From the IMG/VR virus record IMGVR_UViG_3300018465_000004, positions 29,019 to 93,018 of that record: DNA of 64,000 bases, one strand, 5' to 3'. This DNA comes from a virus. The notes under the pieces are model-generated. The model saw only the letters and a program-made list of their open reading frames with translations. It did no database searches and had not been told where the DNA came from. Every line of letters starts with the position of its first letter. The stretch's first letter is position 1. Positions 8,994 through 18,102 of this stretch are shown here, in pieces. A program made the position numbers and the translations under genes.

Positions 8994-9516
8994 CAACTGC
9001 GCTCCGTCTTCGCGGCGCGCCACTGCGGACCAGATCAAGGACTGGATAGCCACCCAGAGACCGCTTGTTGAAGTCGTCGACGCCATCATCCCGGCGCTCG
9101 GGCTCGGCGAGCCGAGGATTGTGGTCGGACCCAAGTTCTATCCCCGCGAGTCCGGCCTGTTGCCGGCGCACCTGCGCCGGGGCGCGGTGTGGTTCGTCGG
9201 TCGCCCGGTCACCAACACCGGCTTCCGGGTCGAGTTCTACGGTCCGCGGCTGCGGATCTCGGCGTGGGGTCAGAACCGGACCTGCACCATCGACTCCACC
9301 GATGTCGAACCGGGGTCCTTCGCGAAAGACCTGTGGGTTGCGCTCCAGGTTGCGCGGCTGGCCCCGACATCGGCGCCGCTCCCCATGCCCCCTGTCGTCG
9401 ACGACGGGCATGGCAACGTCTGGTTTCCATGCCGGCCAGGGTGCGACCTCCAGGTCGTGCGGCCCGGCAAGGCCCAATGCTCCTGCCCGGACAACATGGT
9501 CTCGGCAGACAGGTAA
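8986..9516 (+). CDS. Hypothetical protein
   Basis: Operon overlap, C-terminal Cys cluster. Confidence 0.55.
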   Translation: MYDNCAPSSRRATADQIKDWIATQRPLVEVVDAIIPALGLGEPRIVVGPKFYPRESGLLPAHLRRGAVWFVGRPVTNTGFRVEFYGPRLRISAWGQNRTCTIDSTDVEPGSFAKDLWVALQVARLAPTSAPLPMPPVVDDGHGNVWFPCRPGCDLQVVRPGKAQCSCPDNMVSADR

Positions 9517-9536
9517 CAGGAACTGGATCATCCGCG

Positions 9537-9728
9537 ATGGACGACATGAAGGACTGGCTCGTGCACGCCACCCGGGCGAACTACTACCACTGCCAGCGCT
9601 GCAAGCGCCCGGTGGATGCCTCCGACGGCAGGAACAGGAGCGAGGTGCTCGCGATCCTCATTGCGCATCGCACCTTCAATTGCACCGCGGATCCGTTCGC
9701 CGGGATCACCCAGCTGGTGATGGCATGA
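9537..9728 (+). CDS. Small hypothetical protein
   Basis: AGGAA upstream, CQRC motif, ATGA overlap with next gene. Confidence 0.45.
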   Translation: MDDMKDWLVHATRANYYHCQRCKRPVDASDGRNRSEVLAILIAHRTFNCTADPFAGITQLVMA

Positions 9729-9925
9729 CGTCCGACCTGCTGGATCTGCGCTGGTATGCGCACGAGAACGACCTGATCGGCAGCTGGTGCGTCACCGCGC
9801 AGGACGCACCGCCGGCTCGTACCGACCAGGTCATCGCCGACTTCATCGACGAGCGGACCGCCCGGTACATCGCCGAGCTACACAACTGGGTTCGCTTCGG
9901 TGACCCGCAGCCGGTACCTGCGTGA
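9725..9925 (+). CDS. Small hypothetical protein
   Basis: ATGA overlap, GC3 bias. Confidence 0.55.
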   Translation: MTSDLLDLRWYAHENDLIGSWCVTAQDAPPARTDQVIADFIDERTARYIAELHNWVRFGDPQPVPA

Positions 9926-10059
9926 GACGGTCGGCTGGCTGATCTTCCTAGCCGGCCTTCCGGTCTGCTCCCGGTACTCCTTCTGGGGCGGGCTAGCGCT
10001 CATTCTGGTCGGGCTGGTCATGGCGCAGTTCTGACGTTGCCGAGCCGGTAGAAGCAGGT

Positions 10060-10290
10060 GTGACCCTGCACTACGCCGGCTGCCCACTGTGGAGTGACGA
10101 CTGGGGCCGGTGCTCATGTCCCCGACCGTGGCGCATTGTCCGCGACCGCATTGCCCCGGGCAGGCAACCATGGCTGGTCCTGCACTGGGAGGCAGACGGC
10201 AAGTATCACCTGCTGGTGCGTACCCTCACCTGGGCCCGTGCCATGCGCCTGGTCGACCAGCTCATCGTCTTCGACAGGACGTTCACGTGA
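10060..10290 (+). CDS. Hypothetical protein, leaderless
   Basis: GTAGAAG 5 nt before the GTG. Confidence 0.6.
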   Translation: MTLHYAGCPLWSDDWGRCSCPRPWRIVRDRIAPGRQPWLVLHWEADGKYHLLVRTLTWARAMRLVDQLIVFDRTFT

Positions 10291-10431
10291 CCGACCCGGA
10301 CGAGCGTCTCCCGCCCCCGGCCGATGATGTGCTGGTGCGCCCGTTCACCTGCGGCGGATTCGACTGCCCCTGCGAGGACGGGCGAACATGCCCGGACCCC
10401 CGGTGTCAGTGCGCCCGCGAGCCCGCAGGGG

Positions 10432-10980
10432 GTGGCGCTTAACGCGCCGGCTGGCCCAATTCACCACCGCGTTGTTGCAGCAAGAAGAGTCCAGCCGCGC
10501 TTGGAGTCGTACTTCAGCGTTGAAAGGAAGCCTTGCGTGTTGACCACCGCTGTAAAGACCCGCCGCCGGATCACTGTCACGGCGGTTCGCGAAGTCCTGG
10601 AGGAGATCGCCCGGGACTACCCGTGGCGCCAGGACCGCCGCGTGACCGACGAGCGTCCGGTTCGCTATGTCGACTTCGGACAGCCGTCCTGCCTGGTCGC
10701 CCACGTCCTGATCCGGCTCGGCTACTCGGTGGGCGTGCTTCGCGCCCTGGATGCCGAACATCGCACCGGCGAGCTGTTCCGGGCGGGCGGGGTCAAGGTC
10801 GCCGAGTCTCGACATCCGGCCCTGCGCCGGATCGATCCGACGGCGCGCCGGCTCCTGCAATACGTTCAAGATCAACAAGACCGTGGAGAGGCGTGGGGTC
10901 GCATCGTCGCCGCCGCCTTCCGCCCGTCCAGGTTCTTCCCCCGCCTCGACAGGGAGCGCAGACCGTGGTTGTGCGCCTAG
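10432..10980 (+). CDS. Hypothetical phage protein
   Basis: PSCLVAHVLIRLG motif; start uncertain. Confidence 0.55.
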   Translation: MALNAPAGPIHHRVVAARRVQPRLESYFSVERKPCVLTTAVKTRRRITVTAVREVLEEIARDYPWRQDRRVTDERPVRYVDFGQPSCLVAHVLIRLGYSVGVLRALDAEHRTGELFRAGGVKVAESRHPALRRIDPTARRLLQYVQDQQDRGEAWGRIVAAAFRPSRFFPRLDRERRPWLCA

Positions 10981-11225
10981 ACCGCCAGACCGGCACGTGC
11001 GCCCATTGTGGACGCCGGGACGTGGGCACCCCTGACGCTGGCTACAGCGGGATCAACGGCGAGCGGCTGTGTCACCCGAACGTCAACGGCAGACCCGACT
11101 GCTATCGGCTGGTGACCGTCTACAACCACCCGCTGGACTGCCGGTGCGAGGACCGGGTCCCGATCGCCGGTAGTCGTGATGCAGCGATCTGGGCCGGTCC
11201 CCGCCAGGTGGTCGTCAGGGTCTGA
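10971..11225 (+). CDS. Small Cys-rich protein
   Basis: CAHCG, CHPN, DCYRLVT. Confidence 0.5.
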   Translation: MRLDRQTGTCAHCGRRDVGTPDAGYSGINGERLCHPNVNGRPDCYRLVTVYNHPLDCRCEDRVPIAGSRDAAIWAGPRQVVVRV

Positions 11226-11638
11226 GCCGGGAGACGTCGTAGCGGCCGTCCCAGGTCCGCAACCACCCCTCCGGTTCGCCTCGCGGGTTGCCACGCCAGA
11301 CAGCGATGGCGGAGGTGATCCGGATGAAGCCGGTCGTCGAGACAGCTCTATACACCCAGAACCGGGGCGGATCGTTGAAGCCTTCCACCTCGCCCACGGT
11401 CCAGGTGGGGGAGTTGCGGGTCAGGGTGATCGGCGGCCAGTCCTCATCGGGCGGTGTGTAGTGCAGCACCAGAACGCGGGGATTCTCCGGCTCCTCGTCC
11501 CGGGTCAGCGCGACCCCGTGGGACATGGCTACCCGGATCAGGTGCGCGGCCTGTTGCTGGACGAGGGCGATGGCCCTGCGGTCGTCCTCGTCCTCGGTCG
11601 TGAGGCATGAATGAAAAAGGTCCACAGGGGACCAACGA

Positions 11639-11849
11639 TGATCCACGGAGGCGAGATGTGGGACGGGTAACCGACCCAGCGGAGCAGGTCGTTCGAGCCC
11701 GTAGATGCCGCGGGTGTGGTGCTGGCCCGCAGATGCCGTGCACCAACAAGCCCTCCGGCCGGCGGATGCACATCTCGCACAAGGCCCGTTGGGACGACGC
11801 CCGACCCGAGCTGGCGGTGCCGACCGCACCAGCCGGCTTCATCCTCTAG
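11639..11849 (+). CDS. Small zinc-finger-like protein
   Basis: GGAGG RBS; CRGCGA..PC..H; start approximate. Confidence 0.45.
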
Positions 11850-12266
11850 CGCGGAAAACCCCCGTCCTCGTCGGTAGAACAGGGTGGGTGCCAGTACCTC
11901 CTGCGGCTGGCACCCTCCACAAACTGGGCCGGGTCGTGGTAGCCGCAAGCGTCTTCCCTGGATGTGCGGCGCGCTCCCCCCCAGGGGCGCCACGCCCCGG
12001 CCCCCTGGCTCCGCCACCGAGCCGCGGAGTTGGGGGTGTAGGGCGGGATCGGTAGTCCCGGGTTGGTCGACCATCAACTCGGGACGGGGGAAGACCAGTC
12101 CCGCCCTGCACTCTCGATGAGTTGTCGAGCCGATGAAACAGGAGCCCCCGTGCGGCAGCCGCCACCGTCTGACCGGCGGGGGCCCCAGGCTCAACCGAAG
12201 TGTCAGCGCGCTGTGAATGCAAACCCGAAGGGATCCACATGTACGGGCTTCTGAACGTTCTGGTCA

Positions 12267-12731
12267 ATGTCTTCAGCGTCAACTTCTACGGCTGCTGCTG
12301 ACCCGAGTCCCGACCCGGACTCAGACACGGGGCTGGCACTGATTCCCTCGGAGGGTGGGGGAGAGGTGCCAGCCCCGTCCCGTCGCATCAGGATCCGCCG
12401 CCCCCGCCGGCTGGCCGTCGTCACGGGTGAACCGAAGCCCCGCGCCCACGGCGCCCAGAGCCCACGCAAGTGGTTCCCCGGCATGACCTGCGCCATCTGC
12501 GGCGAGGCCGTTCGAGCTTGGCAGCCGTTCAACTTCGACCACCAGGTTCCGATGTCCAAGGGCGGCCGGCGCGGCAAGGCCAACAAGACCTTCACCCACA
12601 CGTTGTGCAACAGCGTCAAAGGTGACCGCTACCCGTTCAACCTGCGCACCCCGGCGGAACGCGAAGCCGTCCGCGCCGTCGTCTCCGAGCGCACCTATGC
12701 CCGGCTGGAGCGGACCTGGCGCGGCGCCTGA
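12267..12731 (+). CDS. HNH endonuclease
   Basis: CAICG...DHQVPMSKGG...HTLCNSVKGD. Confidence 0.85.
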   Translation: MSSASTSTAAADPSPDPDSDTGLALIPSEGGGEVPAPSRRIRIRRPRRLAVVTGEPKPRAHGAQSPRKWFPGMTCAICGEAVRAWQPFNFDHQVPMSKGGRRGKANKTFTHTLCNSVKGDRYPFNLRTPAEREAVRAVVSERTYARLERTWRGA

Positions 12732-12752
12732 GGTCCAGCCGATAGAGACTGC

Positions 12753-13031
12753 ATGTCGTTCGAGAGCGAGTACCCGAACCTTGCCTACCTCCTCGACGAG
12801 GTCTTCGAGTCCGTCGGCAGCATCAAGCTCGCGCTCAAGGACGGCGACCTCGACCCGGAGGAGATCGTCGCCGCGATCCCGGACCCGGACGTGCGGGAGT
12901 ACGTACTCAAGCTGCTGACCGCGCTCAAGGAGCTACCGGCCGAGGTCAAGGCCGTCGCCGAGGGCGGACCGTGGAAGATGATCGGCGTCTTCCAGTCGGT
13001 CGCGTCGAAGGTCATGGCGATCTTCAAGTAG
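12753..13031 (+). CDS. Hypothetical protein
   Basis: Strong GC3 bias, helical acidic composition. Confidence 0.65.
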   Translation: MSFESEYPNLAYLLDEVFESVGSIKLALKDGDLDPEEIVAAIPDPDVREYVLKLLTALKELPAEVKAVAEGGPWKMIGVFQSVASKVMAIFK

Positions 13032-13034
13032 CCA

Positions 13035-13062
13035 TTGCCGGGCAAGCCCCGCCCGGTATGAT
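13035..13062 (+). promoter_or_regulatory. Housekeeping-type leaderless promoter TTGCCG-N16-TATGAT
   Basis: -10 lies 6 nt before ATG 13069. Confidence 0.6.
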
Positions 13063-13068
13063 GGCGGT

Positions 13069-13332
13069 ATGACCAAGAAGATCGCCATCAGTCTCCCTGA
13101 CGATGTGGCTGACCATCTCGCAGGACAGCCCAACGTGTCTGCGTACGTCGCTGCTGCGGTCCGCGCCCGGATGAACCCCAGCCGCCTCGAAGAGATGCTT
13201 CGCGCGGTCGGGTATGAGATCACTGAAGCGGGCAAGTCGGCCTGGCGTGACCGGCTCGCTCAGCCGCTCGGCCGCGCAGCGCTGGAACGCAGCCGGATGT
13301 TCCGGGAGAAGTACGGAATTCCCCAAGGGTGA
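13069..13332 (+). CDS. RHH (CopG-like) antitoxin
   Basis: MTKKIAISLPDDVA...NVSAYVAAAVR; overlaps PIN-like gene. Confidence 0.75.
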   Translation: MTKKIAISLPDDVADHLAGQPNVSAYVAAAVRARMNPSRLEEMLRAVGYEITEAGKSAWRDRLAQPLGRAALERSRMFREKYGIPQG

Positions 13333-13760
13333 ACCAGGTCGCTGTCGTCCTGGCGGCCTCTGCGCTCAGGCAATACGCCCGTGGTCCGGTTGAGGGCTTG
13401 GCTGTCGCCGAGCTGATCAGTGAGGTTCGAGACGAAGGTCGGCAGGTCGCCATCTCTGCGGTCTCGCTGGCGCAGGCGATTGCCGTCCAAGGTCCAGACC
13501 GCGGCTCCTTCGGGCTCGCGCTGCTGGAGTGGTTCACTTCCGACGGATCCGACTTTCTCGTCGTCGAGATGGCGCTCGAACAGGTGCTGCCGGTCGGCAA
13601 CATCGCCCGCGATTTCGGCATCGAAGTCGCCCTCGCACACGAGGTGCTGCTCGCCACCCGGTTCAATGCTCAGTTCGCGACCACTGAGCCCGACGTCGCC
13701 CGGCGGGTGCTCGGGGATGACTGGCCCATCCTGGACGTGACCCAGGGACCCTTTAGCTAA
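13329..13760 (+). CDS. Degenerate PIN-domain (VapC-like) protein
   Basis: VVLAASAL and LAQA where active PINs usually have LD[AT]SAL and LAEA; size and position after RHH gene. Confidence 0.6.
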   Translation: MNQVAVVLAASALRQYARGPVEGLAVAELISEVRDEGRQVAISAVSLAQAIAVQGPDRGSFGLALLEWFTSDGSDFLVVEMALEQVLPVGNIARDFGIEVALAHEVLLATRFNAQFATTEPDVARRVLGDDWPILDVTQGPFS

Positions 13761-13773
13761 TAGGAGGTGCCGC

Positions 13774-13956
13774 TTGCAGACTGAGGACGATCGCCCCGCT
13801 ACCGACTTTGACGCTGAGACCTACCGGATTACCGGCCGACGTCAGCTCGAAGAAGCGGGTTTCGCGATCACTGACGAGGGCATTCAGCGGTGGCGTGCAA
13901 GGTTCCAGGCCGCTCGCGACCGGATCCAGGCCCGCCGCGATGAGCGGACCTCATGA
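13774..13956 (+). CDS. Paralog of the antitoxin C-terminal domain
   Basis: AGGAGGT RBS; LEEAGFAITDEGIQRWRARF vs LRAVGYEITEAGKSAWRDRL. Confidence 0.65.
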   Translation: MQTEDDRPATDFDAETYRITGRRQLEEAGFAITDEGIQRWRARFQAARDRIQARRDERTS

Positions 13957-14171
13957 GGAACTACTCCGTCGAAGAGTTCGAACGTCGCTTCGACGAGCTG
14001 CTGGGCCTTGTCGTGACCGGTGAGGCCATCGGCATCTCCGTCCGCGGCAAGCCTGCCGCTGTTGTCGTGCCGCGGGCCTACTACGACCTGCTGACAGCCA
14101 AGGCCGACGCCAACGACAGGTCCGTGCGGGCCGTCGAGGAACACCTGGCCGACCCGGGACTGCACAGCTAG
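13953..14171 (+). CDS. Phd/YefM-family antitoxin, orphan
   Basis: YSVEEFERRFDELL..V.TGE.I.ISVRGKPAAVVVP. Confidence 0.8.
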   Translation: MRNYSVEEFERRFDELLGLVVTGEAIGISVRGKPAAVVVPRAYYDLLTAKADANDRSVRAVEEHLADPGLHS

Positions 14172-14213
14172 CCACAGCCTTCAATCGGCTGCGTCGAGCC
14201 GGTAGAAGCCTGT

Positions 14214-16754
14214 GTGACGCGCAACTACGGGCTGATCAACTCGATCGACGAGCTGGCCCGGTTCTGCGACCGCCTGTCCCAGGGCGACGACGCGATCGCC
14301 TTCGACATCGAGACCGGCTACCTCGGGGTGGAGCGGGAGAAGTTTTCGCTGCACCCCGAGACCGCTCTCGTCGCCGGGATCAGCTTCACCGTCTCAGCCG
14401 ACTGGGCGCGCTACGCCCCACTCGGCCACGATGATTACCCCAACCTGGACAACCTCGACGCCTCCCGGCTGCTCTGGCCCCTGCTCAACACCGGACGCGG
14501 CGTCGCACACAATGCCCCGTTCGAGCTAAGGCATCTTGCCAGGTGGTTCCGGGATCTCCTTAGCGATGACCCGGACTTCGGCGAGCAGGTGCGCGCCAGT
14601 GATGGCTACTTCCCGGTCCGAAGCGACACCCAGGTTGAGTCCTACCTTGCCGCGGAGCACCCGCAGTTCGGTCTGAAGTACCTGGCCTGGGAGATCTTCG
14701 GCATCAAGATGACCGAGCTGCACGAGCTGTTTCCCGGGCTGGCCAAGAACAAGCGGAAGTACCTGCGGTTCAACACCCTCGACCCCCGTGAGCCCCGAGT
14801 TTTCAACTACGCCTGCGAGGACAGCGTCGGTTCGCTGCTGCTGCACCAGCGCTACCACGAATACGTGCGGGAGAAGCCGCTCTACCCGGTAGAGATGGGC
14901 ATCGTCGAGGAGTGCATCCCTCCGATGGAGGACTTCGGCGTCCGCTACGACTGGCTCCTCATGCGACGCACTGCCGAAGCCCTGCGGTCCTTCCGGGACC
15001 GGTACAACGCCGAGATCATGCGCGAGCTGTCCGACATGGTCGGACAGCCTGTCGCCATAAACATCGCCTCCCCGCCGCAGCTGTCCAAGCTGTTGTTCGA
15101 GCAGCTCGGCTTCCGCACCACCGTCTACACCGCCAAGACCCGGGACCTGCCTCCCGAGGAACGCAAGATGTCCACCGGCAAGATCGCCCTCGCCGGCCTC
15201 GCGAAGAAGCACCCGGTCGTGCAGAAGATCCGCGACTGGAAGGAGATGACCCGGCTCCTCGGCACCTACCTGGAGAAGTACGAGGGTCTCTACGCCTACG
15301 CCGCGGACGGCCGGACCCACCCCAACCACATGTCCGCGGTCGTCGTCACCGGCCGCTTCGCAGTCGGGGATCCGCCGTACCAGCAGTCGCCGAAGGTGTA
15401 CCACTACGACCTGGAGCCGGCCCGCGAGGCACACGCCCAGCATGCGCAGGCCCACGGTCCAAAGTGCACCTGCGACGAGTTCCCGCCGCCGCCGGACACC
15501 TGCTTCAAGTTCAACTTCCGCGACGTCATCGTCGCCCCGCCCGACCACTACATCCTCGGCTTCGACCTGAGCCAGGCCGAGCTTCGCGCCATTGCCGGTG
15601 AAGCCCAGGAGCCGGCGCTGCTCAAGGCGTTCGCGGATGGAACCGATGTCCACACCCTGACCGCGGCCCTGATGCTCAAGGTCTCCGTCGAGGACGTCAC
15701 CAAAGACCAGCGTGACATCGGCAAGACGATGAACTTCGCACTGCTCTACGGCATGCGCGAGAAGAGTCTCGCCGACCGGCTCGGCATCCCGATCGAGGAA
15801 GCCAAGGAGCTGTACGAGAAGTACTTCTCGGTCTACTCCCGCATCGCCGCGTGGGCCGCCAAGCAGGTCGAGCTGGGCCGCACCTACGGCTACGTCACCT
15901 CGCGGTTCGGCCGCAAGCTTCCCATCTGGGAGTACCGCTCGGAGAAGCGCTGGATCCGGCAGAAGGGTGACCGGGCCTGCGTCAACTACCCGATCCAGGG
16001 CTCCGCCACCGGAGACTTCGTCAAGATCGCCATGGTCCGGGCCCAACGCGCCCTGCGCGCGGCCGGCATCGCCGACCGGGTCCACCTGGTCATGAACGTC
16101 CACGATGCGCTGGAGTTCTATGTCCACCGCACCTTGCTGCCGCAGGACGTCATCCGCATCCTCCAGCCGGCGGTCATCTTTCCTGTCGACGGATGGCCCG
16201 CCATGAAGGCCGACTGGCACTTCGGCCGCAAGTGGGGCAGCCCCTACGAGATCGAGGTCACCGAGGACAACCGATTCATCGTCAAGGGTGAGGTCGAGTA
16301 CGAACTCAAGCCGTCCATTGAGGAGGACGAGGACACCGGGGAAGAGGTCGAGGTCTTCCCTGAGATCGACTACGACGTCCTGCGCCAGGCCCTCGGCCGC
16401 GACCCGGAGCCGGCGCCGCCGCCTGTCGTGCCGCAACAACGCACTTCCGAGGCCGAGCCGCACGCGCCGGCGCAACCCTCCACAGAGGAGGGCCGTCAGC
16501 TCATCCTCGAACTCCTCGACATGCCCACCGCAGCCGGCTACGAGAGGTTCCTCGAACTCCTCGACAGCCTCCCCGGCCCGCACCAGCTCACCCTGCGCAC
16601 CCCGGACGGAGAGCTGCCCCTGTCGCTAGGGGTCGGTACCAGTCTCGGTACCAAGGACTTGGCGCAGGTATACCTGCTGCTCGGTGAGGCGAAGCTCTAC
16701 TTCGACGCCGCCGACGTCGACTCAAGCACGTTGCTCGACGGGATCACCCTGTAA
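14214..16754 (+). CDS. polA: Family A DNA polymerase with 3'-5' exonuclease and extra C-terminal domain
   Basis: ExoI FDIET, ExoII HNAPFE, ExoIII YACED; motif A DLSQAELR, motif B KTMNFALLYG, motif C VHDAL. Confidence 0.95.
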   Translation: MTRNYGLINSIDELARFCDRLSQGDDAIAFDIETGYLGVEREKFSLHPETALVAGISFTVSADWARYAPLGHDDYPNLDNLDASRLLWPLLNTGRGVAHNAPFELRHLARWFRDLLSDDPDFGEQVRASDGYFPVRSDTQVESYLAAEHPQFGLKYLAWEIFGIKMTELHELFPGLAKNKRKYLRFNTLDPREPRVFNYACEDSVGSLLLHQRYHEYVREKPLYPVEMGIVEECIPPMEDFGVRYDWLLMRRTAEALRSFRDRYNAEIMRELSDMVGQPVAINIASPPQLSKLLFEQLGFRTTVYTAKTRDLPPEERKMSTGKIALAGLAKKHPVVQKIRDWKEMTRLLGTYLEKYEGLYAYAADGRTHPNHMSAVVVTGRFAVGDPPYQQSPKVYHYDLEPAREAHAQHAQAHGPKCTCDEFPPPPDTCFKFNFRDVIVAPPDHYILGFDLSQAELRAIAGEAQEPALLKAFADGTDVHTLTAALMLKVSVEDVTKDQRDIGKTMNFALLYGMREKSLADRLGIPIEEAKELYEKYFSVYSRIAAWAAKQVELGRTYGYVTSRFGRKLPIWEYRSEKRWIRQKGDRACVNYPIQGSATGDFVKIAMVRAQRALRAAGIADRVHLVMNVHDALEFYVHRTLLPQDVIRILQPAVIFPVDGWPAMKADWHFGRKWGSPYEIEVTEDNRFIVKGEVEYELKPSIEEDEDTGEEVEVFPEIDYDVLRQALGRDPEPAPPPVVPQQRTSEAEPHAPAQPSTEEGRQLILELLDMPTAAGYERFLELLDSLPGPHQLTLRTPDGELPLSLGVGTSLGTKDLAQVYLLLGEAKLYFDAADVDSSTLLDGITL

Positions 16755-16783
16755 TAGAGCCAGTTCCGCAGGTAGATGTACAT

Positions 16784-17077
16784 GTGCTGGTACGTCATGG
16801 CTGGTCCGGCGAAGTGCAACCCAACGTGTGGGCCAAGATCGACATCACGTTGGAGGAGGAAGACCTCCGCCGCATCCTCGGCCCCGGCTACCGGGACCTG
16901 CCCGGCCTGACCACCGCCGTCGCCTACCAGCTCCTCGAACTGGAATGCGAACGGCTCGTCATGGCCAAGCTCGTGACCCGCCACGGCTACAACCCGGTCG
17001 AGGGCGCAGCCAAGATCGGTGAGCTTGACCAGCAGAAGAACGCCATCCGCGACCGCCTACTCCGGGCCAGCCAGTGA
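16784..17077 (+). CDS. Hypothetical protein, leaderless
   Basis: GTAGATG 5 nt before the GTG. Confidence 0.65.
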   Translation: MLVRHGWSGEVQPNVWAKIDITLEEEDLRRILGPGYRDLPGLTTAVAYQLLELECERLVMAKLVTRHGYNPVEGAAKIGELDQQKNAIRDRLLRASQ

Positions 17078-17565
17078 GCGACCTCGCGGACCGGCTCAAC
17101 ACCCACCTCACCGAGGCGATCCTGCTGCGCGGCGAGCTGCCGCCGATGCCCGGCACACAGGCCGCCCCACACGAGGTACATGAGCACCTGCTCGACGTCC
17201 GCCGCCGGCTCGACCGCGTCGAACACCTGCTCGCCCTGGGCCTTCGCGTGCGCGCCATGGCCCACCGCGGCGTAGCCCGCAGCACCGCCGACGCAGAAGA
17301 GGCGTGGGATGACGCCATCCTGCGGGTCCGCTCCGCCCCGGTCCGTCGCGGAGATGAGTACTCCTCTGCCCGCGAACGTGCCGCCGAGGCCAACCTCGCC
17401 ACCATCGAAGCCCGCAGGGCCGTCCGCGCAGCCCAGGACGCAGCGTCGCACTGCGACGAGGCGGTCGACGTCCTGCGCACCCTGCACCGCGGCCTGGACA
17501 GCGTCCGCCAGGACACCCTCGCAGTGCTCCGCCTCATGCAGTTCGAGTCCCACCTGGAGAGGTAG
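17074..17565 (+). CDS. Helical/coiled-coil hypothetical protein
   Basis: Operon overlap, GC3 bias. Confidence 0.7.
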   Translation: MSDLADRLNTHLTEAILLRGELPPMPGTQAAPHEVHEHLLDVRRRLDRVEHLLALGLRVRAMAHRGVARSTADAEEAWDDAILRVRSAPVRRGDEYSSARERAAEANLATIEARRAVRAAQDAASHCDEAVDVLRTLHRGLDSVRQDTLAVLRLMQFESHLER

Positions 17566-17574
17566 AAGCCGTTG

Positions 17575-18102
17575 ATGCCCGACACGGCACGCCGTCGTCG
17601 ACTGTTCATCCGTGCTGAAGATCTGCGCCGGGCGCTGCGGGTGCCGGAGCACCTCAATGTCACCTCGATGGTGTCCTCGTGGGACCCACCCGGGCTCAAC
17701 GTCTACGTCACCAGCGATGCCTACTCGCCCGTCCCGCCGGGAGCGGTCGCCCCCGAGCTGGTCTTCGTCCCCCGCCCGTCCCAGCTGGACCCGGACTCCG
17801 CCGGATCCGACCCCGGCTGGGGCACCAACGACATCCTGCGCGCCGGCCGCGAGATCTGGGGCTCGGACCCCATGAGCCTGACCCACGTCGCCGCGTGCGC
17901 AGCTGTCGTAGCGGGCGACATCGCCCGCATCGCCCGCGACGCGATCGAAGGCGCCGGCTCAGATGAAGGCGTCGCCCGGGAACTGGGCAACCTCATCGTC
18001 TCCGCGGTCCGGTGGGCTGACGACCTCGGCTTCGACCCGGCGCAGTGTGTCCAGGAAGCACTCAGCGCCCAGCAGCGATACGTCTACCGCCGGGGGCGGT
18101 GA
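17575..18102 (+). CDS. Protein with C-terminal MazG-like (all-alpha NTP-PPase) domain
   Basis: GDIARIAR...VARELGNLIVSAVRWADDLGFDP. Confidence 0.55.
   Translation: MPDTARRRRLFIRAEDLRRALRVPEHLNVTSMVSSWDPPGLNVYVTSDAYSPVPPGAVAPELVFVPRPSQLDPDSAGSDPGWGTNDILRAGREIWGSDPMSLTHVAACAAVVAGDIARIARDAIEGAGSDEGVARELGNLIVSAVRWADDLGFDPAQCVQEALSAQQRYVYRRGR

Noticed and set aside
14526-16583. 685-aa minus-strand ORF and other long antisense ORFs (23189..24316, 62898..63953, 36445..37572 extension)
   Set aside because: Shadow ORFs opposite well-supported genes; expected in high-GC DNA with few stops and no recognisable motifs
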